A DNA stretch of 64,000 nucleotides, taken from the IMG/VR virus record IMGVR_UViG_3300017768_000003; one strand, given 5' to 3'. The notes under the pieces are model-generated. The model worked only from the letters and a program-made list of their open reading frames with translations. It did no database searches and had not been told where the DNA came from. The position numbers were made by a program, and so were the translations under genes. The stretch is from an uncultured virus (IMG/VR IMGVR_UViG_3300017768_000003). Its lineage: Duplodnaviria; Heunggongvirae; Uroviricota; Caudoviricetes. Shown one piece after another: positions 9,624-19,429 of the stretch (the first letter of the stretch is position 1; each line of letters opens with the position of its first letter).

Positions 9624-10439
9624 TTATCCCACTTTTTCTAATTTATGAGTTTGAGTTGCCATCCAGCCGTCACCTTTGATACCTGCCATTTTAGATGCTT
9701 TCTTAATAGCTTCAACAGTTGAGCGAGCTTTTACTGTATATACCTTTTCTTTTCTTAATTCAACGCCTGATAGATTCATATCAGCAAATGACATTTTCCA
9801 AGTTGCAAAACCTTCGCTTACAACTTCTTTATTATTCATATTGATTGCGTATCCTGGAGCAGATATTACATTTTTTAATCCTTCGAAAGCTTCGTTAACT
9901 TCAGTCTTAAATTTATTTTCATTCTTAACAGCTTTAGATACCGCAGCTCTTCTTTTCTTTAAGTATTCATCAGAAGAATCAGTATCACCGTCATTGTCAA
10001 CATCATCGTCTTCTTTTCCAACAGGGTCTAATTTCTTTTCGTCTTCTACCAATTCTTTAATTTCATAATACTTACCAAGCTTACCACCTATTTCTTCGAA
10101 TACAGATTCCATTCTTTGTTGTAGTTGATGTGCTTCCTTAGCTGTAGCTTCAAATACCTTTACTGCTTCACCAATAGCTTTTGTATCTCTTTTTACAGAT
10201 ACAGAATCGAACCAATCAGCTGATTCTTCCATAGCCATTTTGCTAGCATTTTCTGCTAATTTCTTCAAGGCCTCAACCATTTCAGCCATTCCTTCTGACC
10301 TATATATTTTTGAACCATACTCGTTAAACTTTGATACTGCTTCGAGTGTAGCTTTCTTTTCAGCCTCTGTCATTCGTTCAGTTTTGAAACGAGATTCGTT
10401 GAGATTTTTCCATTCTCTAATATCAAATCTTTTTCCCAT
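9624..10439 (-). CDS. Putative internal head protein with DxDxDG motif
   Basis: LDPVGKEDDDVDNDGDTDSSDEYLKKRR segment; LNE, VNE and VSE sites. Confidence 0.6.
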   Translation of the reverse strand: MGKRFDIREWKNLNESRFKTERMTEAEKKATLEAVSKFNEYGSKIYRSEGMAEMVEALKKLAENASKMAMEESADWFDSVSVKRDTKAIGEAVKVFEATAKEAHQLQQRMESVFEEIGGKLGKYYEIKELVEDEKKLDPVGKEDDDVDNDGDTDSSDEYLKKRRAAVSKAVKNENKFKTEVNEAFEGLKNVISAPGYAINMNNKEVVSEGFATWKMSFADMNLSGVELRKEKVYTVKARSTVEAIKKASKMAGIKGDGWMATQTHKLEKVG

Positions 10440-10440
10440 T

Positions 10441-11082
10441 TTATTTTCTCCTATTTGGTAAAGAGCACTTGCAAGTTAATTCGCATAGCATCTCATTTAT
10501 TATGTTGTTTAGTTTTTCATATTTGTCTACTTTAATAGAGCCTACTGACTCATTTACAGGAGCCATAAAAGCGCCGTGAGTCGAAGGGTTACTTACAAAA
10601 TCCCAGCAAACCAATTCAAAATCTGGCTGAACTTCTAAAGAACCTTCACCGTCACCTTCTCTTATTTCTTCTACAGAACCCATACCTCTTGAACTGATTC
10701 CTAGTTTTACACCGGCCTTTAATAATTCTTTTAATATATTACCTGATGGTGTACCTAATACTTCTACTGTACCACATAAATCATTTCCTTTCCACCAAAT
10801 CTTTTTTATATTATGAGAAACATTTTGTAAGTTAACAACAGAAGATTCTGGATGGTCTAGCTCACCAAGTGCTCTGTTTTCTGCAATCTGTATTTCCGCG
10901 TATTTTTTAGCTTCACGCATTAAAGTATCTTTTGGGTAAACTCTTCCATTTTGATTTTTTGCTTCAGCTCTTTGTAACACTCCACTAACAATAACTCTAC
11001 CGTTATTTTTTCTTTCTGACTCAACTATCATCTGAGGAGTTATCTCAAACGATGAATAATCTATTAGTAATGATTTTGTCAT
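10441..11082 (-). CDS. gp21: Prohead protease (T4 gp21-like)
   Basis: NQNGRVYP, ALGELDHP, GISSRGMGS, DFVSNPST motifs. Confidence 0.95.
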   Translation of the reverse strand: MTKSLLIDYSSFEITPQMIVESERKNNGRVIVSGVLQRAEAKNQNGRVYPKDTLMREAKKYAEIQIAENRALGELDHPESSVVNLQNVSHNIKKIWWKGNDLCGTVEVLGTPSGNILKELLKAGVKLGISSRGMGSVEEIREGDGEGSLEVQPDFELVCWDFVSNPSTHGAFMAPVNESVGSIKVDKYEKLNNIINEMLCELTCKCSLPNRRK

Positions 11083-11083
11083 A

Positions 11084-11515
11084 TTAGAATCTCCTCAATT
11101 TTTCAGAAAGCCTTTCCATTTTCTCAGAAATTTTTGATAAGTTTTCTCTTGTAGACTTCCAATATTTTGTTTCGTCAATACCATCTTCTGTTTTAAGCTT
11201 TATATTTTGATTTATTACTCTTTCTATTCTAAACAACTTGCTGTTTACTTCTCTTATAGCTTTATTTACTTTCTGCTTAGAATTTAATGAATCATCGTTT
11301 TTATATTGCTTGTAATTTATTTCACTTAAATTCATAAGCTTAGACATCTTTACAAAAGTAGATTCTTCCATGTCCTTCTTTTTCTTCTTCTTAAACGCCT
11401 TTGGTGTATCATAAGCTTCACCTCCGCCAGTAACGTTTAACTCATCTATATCTTCTTCTTCAATCTTCTTAAAATCTTTTTTGAACATATTATCTAGTTT
11501 TTTATTTAATGACAT
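11084..11515 (-). CDS. Hypothetical head-region protein
   Basis: 143 aa; GGEAYDTPKAF motif; in head operon. Confidence 0.7.
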   Translation of the reverse strand: MSLNKKLDNMFKKDFKKIEEEDIDELNVTGGGEAYDTPKAFKKKKKKDMEESTFVKMSKLMNLSEINYKQYKNDDSLNSKQKVNKAIREVNSKLFRIERVINQNIKLKTEDGIDETKYWKSTRENLSKISEKMERLSEKLRRF

Positions 11516-12344
11516 TTGCTAACTCCTTAGATAAATCATAAGCTCGTAAAACAGATATAATATGCTTGTCTTTAATCTTGCTTTCATTGTTGATAAGCTT
11601 TAATTGAGAACTAACTTCATTAAGTTTGATTTTTACAACTTCGTCTTTTACGTGAGAAGATGCTTTATCAATTTTAGATGTAGTATTTTTTATTTCAGTC
11701 TTTATATATCCTTTAAGTTTTTCTGTATTTGATATATTGTTGATGTATTCTTTCAATAGAGATTTTTGTTTTCTACCTAAAGTTCCATACTTTTCATTGT
11801 ATTTTTCTAAAAGTATTTTATATGATAACATACGTACTTCTTTATCTTGTTTTGAATAAATGTCATATGTTTCATCAACTTTATTTTTAATAACTTTTTT
11901 ATTTGTTATGCTTTCTATAAGTGAATATCTAAATCTAACTTGGTTTGATGGAGATGCTCCTTCGAACAAACAATATATAGAAGCATTTTGAGGGTAGTTG
12001 GCTACCTGAGCTTTGAAAAATTCTTCTACATTATAATTATTTTTTATTTCTTTTATTAAATTATATTTTTGCTTTTTTAATATATTACCTGAAAGCTTTT
12101 TTCTTTCTTTTAACACAGCGTCAACAAAGCGCTCTGCCTTATTTTCTGTATTGAACTTTTCGTTAAGTAGAGTTTGATATAATCCAAGTTCTTTTTTAAG
12201 AGTTGTATTCTTCTTAAAAAACTCTCTAATGATTCCTATTGCCGGGGACACCTTAACACCGTTGATGGTATCACTTGTCACTTGGCGTACAAGTAATTCA
12301 AATAAGATACCTGTATTTTTATATTTTGAATGTTTTACGGCCAA
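11502..12344 (-). CDS. Hypothetical head-assembly protein
   Basis: 280 aa (TTG start) between portal and protease; late motif at 12383-12390. Confidence 0.7.
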   Translation of the reverse strand: MAVKHSKYKNTGILFELLVRQVTSDTINGVKVSPAIGIIREFFKKNTTLKKELGLYQTLLNEKFNTENKAERFVDAVLKERKKLSGNILKKQKYNLIKEIKNNYNVEEFFKAQVANYPQNASIYCLFEGASPSNQVRFRYSLIESITNKKVIKNKVDETYDIYSKQDKEVRMLSYKILLEKYNEKYGTLGRKQKSLLKEYINNISNTEKLKGYIKTEIKNTTSKIDKASSHVKDEVVKIKLNEVSSQLKLINNESKIKDKHIISVLRAYDLSKELANVIK

Positions 12345-12401
12345 TTTTTCTTCCCTATATATCTTTATATACTTATTATATAATAAATATCAAAAAATAT
12401 A

Positions 12402-14246
12402 TTAAATATCGCTATCTAATATGTTTTCCTCGCTTAATAATTTAGACTCTTTTGTTTTTTTCATATCATCAAAAATATTGACAGCCATTGCGCGTTTATC
12501 TTCTCTCTTCATATACTGTCGTTTACCTTTATTGTTTTTAAGTTTTGCGTCTCGCTTTCGTTCTTCGCTTGCAATTGGGTCTCTACCTCTAGCAGATTTT
12601 TGAGTTCCGTATTTAGGCCCTTCTTTTGGTCTTCCTTGACCTGGCTTATTTCCTTCTCCCCATAAATCTTCAAGGTCATCAGGCTGTGGTTCGAACCCTC
12701 CTTCTTCTCCAGCTGGTGGATTCATACCATGTTGAAGAGCCCAGTCAGTTGCAACTGCTTCACCAGACTTAACAGGGTCGTTTCCACTTTCAAGTTCATT
12801 ATGTCTAAAGTATCTTTTCCTATCCTGTACAACGCCTCGTTGTTGCTCCTTCATTTCTTCATCTGTCATACCTAATATATTTTTGTATGCCCATTCTTCT
12901 GAAATTATTCTACCATCTTTTATAGAACTAATTAAATCTAATTTCTGAGACCATAGTTCTACTTTCTCCTGTTCATGTATTGTAGATGAGTTTGTAAGAG
13001 ACAAATCAAAATCAACAAGTTCTTCTTCAGTAAATCCTTGAGAGTATAAATGTACCATTGCGATTTTTGTTAACTCTGAAATAAAGATTCTTTGTATTCT
13101 TTCAATTGTTCTTGCAAATCTAACATCTTGCGCAGCAAGTGTAGCTTTTCCTTCAACTCCTTCTTCATACCCTAAAAATGCTTTAGGTATTTTCAACGCT
13201 GCAAACATTCTATGTTTTAAGTATTCTACATCATCAATTCCACCGAACTCCATTCCTGACATAGTATCTATTTCAGTTCCTGATTGTCCACCTCGAACTG
13301 GAAGATAAACATCTTCTAACATATTTGACATATTAAATTTAAGATTATACTGTCCTGTTTTAGGGTCAATATATGGAGTCTTTTTCATTTGATTGATTAC
13401 TCTTTGCATATACGTATCAACTTCATTAGGAGGTATATTTCCTATATCAATTTTGTATACTCTTTTTTCTGGAGCTCTCATAATTCTATGAATCAACATT
13501 GCATCTTCCATAAGAGTTAATTGCTTGTATGTTTTTCTTGCCGGCTCAATCATCGATTTACCGTATGGTAAAAAGTTCATATCATTCAGTAGTCTAAAAT
13601 GTCCTACCTCATAATTTTCATAACCAGTTTTTGTAGAATTAGGTGCAGAGTTAGATGTTTGTCCTCCCATACTTGGGTCGTGTGTAAATCTAACCATATC
13701 AGGATTACTTGGGTCCAAGCCTTCTTCTCTAAACATTTCATATGCTGAAATTGGAATACAGTTTGTTACACCTATCTTTTCTGTTATATCAAGCTTAAGA
13801 TATAAATCGCCATATTTACACATATTTCGAACCCAAGGCCAAGCATTGAATTCTATATTTAATACATCATAAAATAAATTGTTTAATACTTTTTGTACTT
13901 TATCATTCTCTGTTTTTATTGTAAGTACATTACCGTATTCGTTTTTAAGAGTAGATTCATCTGCGTAAATATCAAGTGCTGATGATATAATCGAATCCTC
14001 GTCCATAACTTCATAGTCAGTATAAAGCTGAAGTCTCATTGTGTGAAAATTAGCTTGCTGATTATATCCGTAATTTTGACTTTGATAAATCTTGCTAAAT
14101 CTATCTATAAGTCTATTTGTTTCTAGCTTTGTATTTGATTGTACTCTACTTAAATCTGCAACTCTGAGGCCCTTGTCTGTCCTTCTTACTATTGTTCCTG
14201 TTGAAAATAAAGTTTTTAATCTTCCAAAAAATGTTTTATCTGCCAT
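12402..14246 (-). CDS. gp20: Portal protein (T4 gp20-like)
   Basis: LMEDAMLIHRIMRAPEKRVYKIDIGN, GTEIDT, ALKIPKAFLG, RFARTIERIQ. Confidence 0.95.
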   Translation of the reverse strand: MADKTFFGRLKTLFSTGTIVRRTDKGLRVADLSRVQSNTKLETNRLIDRFSKIYQSQNYGYNQQANFHTMRLQLYTDYEVMDEDSIISSALDIYADESTLKNEYGNVLTIKTENDKVQKVLNNLFYDVLNIEFNAWPWVRNMCKYGDLYLKLDITEKIGVTNCIPISAYEMFREEGLDPSNPDMVRFTHDPSMGGQTSNSAPNSTKTGYENYEVGHFRLLNDMNFLPYGKSMIEPARKTYKQLTLMEDAMLIHRIMRAPEKRVYKIDIGNIPPNEVDTYMQRVINQMKKTPYIDPKTGQYNLKFNMSNMLEDVYLPVRGGQSGTEIDTMSGMEFGGIDDVEYLKHRMFAALKIPKAFLGYEEGVEGKATLAAQDVRFARTIERIQRIFISELTKIAMVHLYSQGFTEEELVDFDLSLTNSSTIHEQEKVELWSQKLDLISSIKDGRIISEEWAYKNILGMTDEEMKEQQRGVVQDRKRYFRHNELESGNDPVKSGEAVATDWALQHGMNPPAGEEGGFEPQPDDLEDLWGEGNKPGQGRPKEGPKYGTQKSARGRDPIASEERKRDAKLKNNKGKRQYMKREDKRAMAVNIFDDMKKTKESKLLSEENILDSDI

Positions 14247-14260
14247 CTATTTCTGCTCCT

Positions 14261-15835
14261 TTATAATAGCCAGGTTAAGTCTTCGTTGTCGTTACCTATT
14301 TGTTGCTTCCAAGGGTTTTCTGAATCTATGTTTCCTTTGTAGGCACCTTTTGTATTAACTATGTTATTGATAGCATTCTTGTTCATAGCCAAACCTTCGC
14401 TATGAAGACGAAGAGCGTTATCTCTAACGTACATTCCAATAGAAAATGCCATTGTTAAATCATCATTATATCCTCTTTGAGCTTCTGCTTTATGTCCATT
14501 CCATATAAAAACAAAGAGCTCGTCGATTAGTCTTTTTGACTTAACAATACACGCCTTTTCTCTAAAATAAATATCAAGTTTCGATATCAAAAGAGGTCGA
14601 GTCCTTGACGACGTTGTAAAACCTGGGGTCATGTTTTCCCTATTTTTAAGGTCATAACCTTTACTTAATTGTGTTGCCGCATCATGAACTCCTTCATGCT
14701 TAAAAGTATAATAAAGATTTCGATAACCTCTATCAACTGCAGGCTGTATTGCGGCCCAACCTATGTTTGCGTTCTCTACAACAAGTAGAGCTTCATTATA
14801 TTCTGTGGCAACATTTACTAACATATTACCAAAATCTTTTGTAGGAATTTGAGACTTAAATTCTGCAACCTGTTCCATTGTTTCTATTTCGATTACGTGA
14901 AAAGCAGAGTAGTCCGAAGAGTCTCCTCTTGCCACGTCGGCAACGACCATATATGCTTTTGTATAATCAGGATATTTCCAAATCCACATCTCATCATTTT
15001 GACCTCTTTTTTCTATAGGGTCGCAGCACATATTATCTTGATACCATTGAAGCAGCTCGCCACTAACAACAGTGTTACCAGAAGATATAAAATCACAATC
15101 ACATTCTTGCGCTGCCATCTTTTCACCTAATAACTCTGTTTGTAATAATCTCCATGCTTCATCTCGTTCTGGATGTAATGTCCAGTGTAGTTTAATAGGA
15201 TTGAAATTGCCATCACCTCTATCTGCATCTTGCCATACTCTATGAAATAGATTACCAGTACCGTTTGGTGTAGATAGAAGTACAGCTCTACCACCAGTTG
15301 CTAATGTTTGTTGAGCAGAGGTCCATATCTCATCAATCTTGTCGATAAATGCAGCTTCGTCAATAACTAAAAGTGATAGCGCTTCCGACCTTGCAGCATC
15401 TGGTGAAGACGATACAGCCTTTACTTGCGAACCATTTTTAAGTCTTAGCGAAAGTCTATTATCTTCTTCAGAACCTACTCTTAACCAAGACGGTAACATT
15501 TCATGCATAACTCTAATTTTCGTAATAAGATTTTTAGCTGTATCTTGTTTTATCGCAATAACCAATACATTGAAGTCTTCGTTGAATACCATATTCCAAA
15601 CAGTAAGCCCTGCTGTAAGAGTTGATATTCCCATTTGTCGAGATTTAAGAATTATATTAAATCTGTTTTCTTTTAATTGTACTAACGAATCTTCTTGAAA
15701 AGGATATAAATCAAATTTAATTTTACCTTTCATTGGGTGCTGTATATAACAATACTTTCGCATAAAGTATACGGGGTCTTTTGAACACCTCATATACTCT
15801 TTTATTAAAGCTTCTTTGATTGTTTTCTTTGCCAT
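14261..15835 (-). CDS. terL: Terminase large subunit
   Basis: LKSRQMGIST, VIDEAAF, LSTPNG, ADVARG..SDYS, YNDDL motifs. Confidence 0.97.
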   Translation of the reverse strand: MAKKTIKEALIKEYMRCSKDPVYFMRKYCYIQHPMKGKIKFDLYPFQEDSLVQLKENRFNIILKSRQMGISTLTAGLTVWNMVFNEDFNVLVIAIKQDTAKNLITKIRVMHEMLPSWLRVGSEEDNRLSLRLKNGSQVKAVSSSPDAARSEALSLLVIDEAAFIDKIDEIWTSAQQTLATGGRAVLLSTPNGTGNLFHRVWQDADRGDGNFNPIKLHWTLHPERDEAWRLLQTELLGEKMAAQECDCDFISSGNTVVSGELLQWYQDNMCCDPIEKRGQNDEMWIWKYPDYTKAYMVVADVARGDSSDYSAFHVIEIETMEQVAEFKSQIPTKDFGNMLVNVATEYNEALLVVENANIGWAAIQPAVDRGYRNLYYTFKHEGVHDAATQLSKGYDLKNRENMTPGFTTSSRTRPLLISKLDIYFREKACIVKSKRLIDELFVFIWNGHKAEAQRGYNDDLTMAFSIGMYVRDNALRLHSEGLAMNKNAINNIVNTKGAYKGNIDSENPWKQQIGNDNEDLTWLL

Positions 15836-15869
15836 AACCTGTATATATAAATATATATGTTTTTAGTTT

Positions 15870-16262
15870 TTAGTGAATTTGACCAGCTAAATATATCGCT
15901 GTTGATGTACCTACAACACCTACTACAATACCAAACCATCTTTTGTTATACCAAGCATCTGTTATCTTTAATCTGTCTTCGTATAATGTTATTTGATTAT
16001 TAAGTAAAACGATTTCTTCTTTTTGATTTAACAATAAAGACTCATTTTTCTGATTAAGAAAATGATAATTTGATAGTTGCACTTCCAAGTCAGATATATA
16101 AATTGTCTTAATAGAATCTTGTTCTGTTAAAGTATCTACTGCCAAAAAGAATGCGTCTAATTCTGATTGTGGTATTTTAACAATTCTATCTTGTGCACAG
16201 CAATCTTTTGGTGCAGCACATGATATTAAAAGTATAATCAATATATATAATAATTTCTTCAT
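15870..16262 (-). CDS. Putative lipoprotein/spanin-like protein
   Basis: Signal peptide ending LISC (lipobox), coiled coil, C-terminal hydrophobic helix. Confidence 0.5.
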   Translation of the reverse strand: MKKLLYILIILLISCAAPKDCCAQDRIVKIPQSELDAFFLAVDTLTEQDSIKTIYISDLEVQLSNYHFLNQKNESLLLNQKEEIVLLNNQITLYEDRLKITDAWYNKRWFGIVVGVVGTSTAIYLAGQIH

Positions 16263-16558
16263 TATTTTTTACTCCTATATTTCTTTTCAAAATCAGAAAT
16301 TGTTTTTTTAGATGACTTTGTTGACTTTACCTTTGCTTTTGTTTTCTTAATCTTTTCATCCGTCTTTGCTATCTTCTTTTTGACAGCCTTCTTTTCTTTT
16401 TTTATTTTCTCTGACTTCTTCTTATTGTTTTTTAACTTGTTTTTATTATCTTTCAAGTCTTTCTTAAATTGTTTTTTGCTACCTGCTCCTGCAGACATTG
16501 CGAATATCGCACCAAGTACAGCACCTATTCCTAATATTATTTTCCACAACTTACTCAT
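16262..16558 (-). CDS. Membrane-anchored Lys-rich coiled-coil protein (i-spanin-like)
   Basis: N-terminal TM helix followed by a basic coiled coil. Confidence 0.45.
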   Translation of the reverse strand: MSKLWKIILGIGAVLGAIFAMSAGAGSKKQFKKDLKDNKNKLKNNKKKSEKIKKEKKAVKKKIAKTDEKIKKTKAKVKSTKSSKKTISDFEKKYRSKK

Positions 16559-17144
16559 TGTTTTGCTCCTTTATTAAATTGTTCATTTTATTTTCTTCTT
16601 CTTGTATATGTTTGTTAAAATTTTTAATAATTAAACTCTTTGCTTTAGAATCAAGACCTTCCCAATCTTCTATCAAACCTGATTCTGTAATATTCTTTTT
16701 CGAGTCCAATTCAGAAAACCATTTTTCAAATGCTATTGTCTGCTCTTCTTTCCATTTTTCGAAATTCTTTTTAGCGTTATCTATTAACCATTGATTATAT
16801 GTACCATTATTTTTCATCTCTAATTCTAATTTAGTCTGACAGCCGAAACAATGTTCGTAGTATTTATACATACTTCTATGCATTTCACTATTCATTGCTC
16901 CTTCGCATTTAGGACATTTCATAGGAATTGAGCCTATTTTTCTTGCCTTTTTCAGCTTTGTAAAATTCTGCTTGATACCATTTTTAAGTGTCCAGGTTTT
17001 ACCACCTTCTTCCCATACATCACCTTCAATTCGTTTTTTAGTATATTTTTTATAACCTGACTGCTTTTTTGTAGAGGCACCATAATTACCTGTTACGAGA
17101 TTTCTCATTCTCTGTACTTTGTTTTTTGAAATTCTTTTTTTCAT
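16551..17144 (-). CDS. Hypothetical Zn-binding protein
   Basis: CPKC...CFGC pair. Confidence 0.7.
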   Translation of the reverse strand: MKKRISKNKVQRMRNLVTGNYGASTKKQSGYKKYTKKRIEGDVWEEGGKTWTLKNGIKQNFTKLKKARKIGSIPMKCPKCEGAMNSEMHRSMYKYYEHCFGCQTKLELEMKNNGTYNQWLIDNAKKNFEKWKEEQTIAFEKWFSELDSKKNITESGLIEDWEGLDSKAKSLIIKNFNKHIQEEENKMNNLIKEQNNE

Positions 17145-17152
17145 AACCTTTT

Positions 17153-19429
17153 TTAGAAATATATCATTCCTGTAATTTGATTTATTGGAGCAAACGCTCC
17201 TGTTAATTTATATGTTTTTCCTTTATATACAAATACCAAACCTTCACTTGGTACTATCGATTTCATGCCGCCAATTGAATTTAATTTATTAAGCTGTTGT
17301 GATAATCGATTTATTTTTTTAATATCGCCACCTTTTTTTACAACTGATATTGCAGATTTTATTTGCTTTCTTATATTCTGCACTGCCTTATCAGGGTTGG
17401 CTGCCAAGAACCCTTCTGCATTTTTAAGTACCTCAGCACCTAGTTCGAAAAATAACTTTTCAAATGGAAGCATATTCTTTTTTACTTGGTCGGCATGTTT
17501 CATTTTATCTATATCAATTGCCTTTGCAAGTGTTTTTTCGTCTGATATTGTTTTCTTATTCAACCTAAATGATTTATCAAAAAATGCCCAACGTTTTACC
17601 AGTCCCATCTTTGTTTTATTATCTATCCCTTTTAGTTTTTTGTCTACATAATCACCCCACCAAGCTTGATGATATTCACCAAAAGTACTTGAGTCTGACA
17701 TGTTAAACTTTTTCATTAAACTATTTAGCTTACCTAGGAAATAAGGTTTTTTAGCAGAATAATCTTGATGGGGATTTACCTTTAAGAATTGAGGTCCTAT
17801 AATAGAAAAGTTTTTTTGTATATTTGCATCAACTTGTTTTATCATACCTGCAAGTATTCTACCACCGTCTGCTATTGCTCCAATTGGAGTGCCGTCTTTA
17901 TATTGTAGTACGTTGTGAAATTGAAGATTCGGTGCGTCATAATTAACAACATTAGAAGATGCAGGGTACATTATTTCCATATTTACCCAGTTGTTACCAT
18001 CATCAAAAATCTTTTTTATTTGTTTATCATTTAGAGATTTTATAGCATTTGACAAATCATTCATAGCGTAATTAAAAGCTTTTTCTATATTACCTCTACC
18101 TGCAAACTTTTTTGCTATTGCCTTAGAATCTACACCACCTCGTTTTATATCACCTGCATTTCTTGCTGCCTTTAATCCTTTGTTCCAAGTAATGAATAAA
18201 TTCTGACCATCTGTTTTTTCAGTTGCCTTTTCGTCAATATCTAATTTACCTTGTAATGCAATATCTATTATTTGTCGAAAATCTCCAAATGTAAGTCCTT
18301 TGTCATCAAATGGGTGAGACATGTGGCCATAAGCTCCGCCTTCTAACAAAAGCATTTCTTTAATTAACGTACCATCTTTCTGTGTTGTTGGTTCATCAGA
18401 ATTTGTCGTTGCAGATATTTCTGCTCCTAGATAATTTACAAATTCATATCCAACTCTTGTTGCAATGTACTTGGACCACTTAGCCCATCTATTAAATGCA
18501 CTTTTACCTTTTTTGTCAGAAAGATAATTTGTACCACCAATGGTTCCAGGCTTGCCAACAGGAAAATATGACACAGCTGCTGTAGGTCCTCCACTCATAT
18601 CTTTTTTGAATGCGGTATCGTGTTGAAAAAACTCTTCAGCTCCTGTAAGATAATTAAGTACTTCCATACCAGGATTTATATATTTTTCAATATTTTTGCC
18701 AAACTTTTTCCAAGACTTTTGATTGCCCCAATAACCTCTAGGTCCATCATCTACATTATCACCTATTGCTGTTGAGTTTTCTTTTAATAATTTTGGTATG
18801 TCGAAGTAATAGCAAAAGCCTTCAATTATTTCGTTTAACTTTTCAAGTTTATTTACTATTAGTTTGTAATTTTTTGTATGGCCGAAAATACCTTTGAACA
18901 ATTTTAGTTTATCTTTTTTGTCTAATGATTTATCACCAAGAGCAGTCCGTATTGTTGTACCGCTCATCTCTCCATATCCACTTACCTTTAGACTTACATG
19001 TGGAGCTATAATTGTATATGCTCCTTCTTTATATCCAACTTCAGCTTTACCTTTCCAGGGTCTGAAGAATTTACCACCTAATCTTTGTGCATCTTTTTTA
19101 CCAACCATAAATACAGCTGCAGTAGTTTCTGGGTCATATTTACTTAAGATTTCTGTAGCTTGGTATGGATTTTTAACTTGCACAACATTTGATATCCCGT
19201 GAGAATTTATTATCTTTTTCTTTTCATTAAAGCTAAATGGAGATTTCGGTAAAGCAACTTTACCAGACGTTGCAACATAAGCTTTGTCAAACTGTCCTGT
19301 TAGCCACTGATAGGTTTTTGCGTGATGCTTACCCATAGGTTGGAACCTACCAGGATATATAGCAATGATTACTTTTATTTTAGAATCTTCTTCTACAATT
19401 TGATTCGCTAGCCATTTACCTAAACTCAT
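17153..19429 (-). CDS. Multidomain protein: HIGH-type nucleotidyltransferase-like N-terminus plus ligase-like (KxDG) C-terminal domain
   Basis: YPGRFQPMGKHH and SGT.IR (Rossmann NTase); GGAYGHMSHP...EKTDG...EGLVF...YKLTG (ligase motifs I, IV, V). Confidence 0.65.
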   Translation of the reverse strand: MSLGKWLANQIVEEDSKIKVIIAIYPGRFQPMGKHHAKTYQWLTGQFDKAYVATSGKVALPKSPFSFNEKKKIINSHGISNVVQVKNPYQATEILSKYDPETTAAVFMVGKKDAQRLGGKFFRPWKGKAEVGYKEGAYTIIAPHVSLKVSGYGEMSGTTIRTALGDKSLDKKDKLKLFKGIFGHTKNYKLIVNKLEKLNEIIEGFCYYFDIPKLLKENSTAIGDNVDDGPRGYWGNQKSWKKFGKNIEKYINPGMEVLNYLTGAEEFFQHDTAFKKDMSGGPTAAVSYFPVGKPGTIGGTNYLSDKKGKSAFNRWAKWSKYIATRVGYEFVNYLGAEISATTNSDEPTTQKDGTLIKEMLLLEGGAYGHMSHPFDDKGLTFGDFRQIIDIALQGKLDIDEKATEKTDGQNLFITWNKGLKAARNAGDIKRGGVDSKAIAKKFAGRGNIEKAFNYAMNDLSNAIKSLNDKQIKKIFDDGNNWVNMEIMYPASSNVVNYDAPNLQFHNVLQYKDGTPIGAIADGGRILAGMIKQVDANIQKNFSIIGPQFLKVNPHQDYSAKKPYFLGKLNSLMKKFNMSDSSTFGEYHQAWWGDYVDKKLKGIDNKTKMGLVKRWAFFDKSFRLNKKTISDEKTLAKAIDIDKMKHADQVKKNMLPFEKLFFELGAEVLKNAEGFLAANPDKAVQNIRKQIKSAISVVKKGGDIKKINRLSQQLNKLNSIGGMKSIVPSEGLVFVYKGKTYKLTGAFAPINQITGMIYF

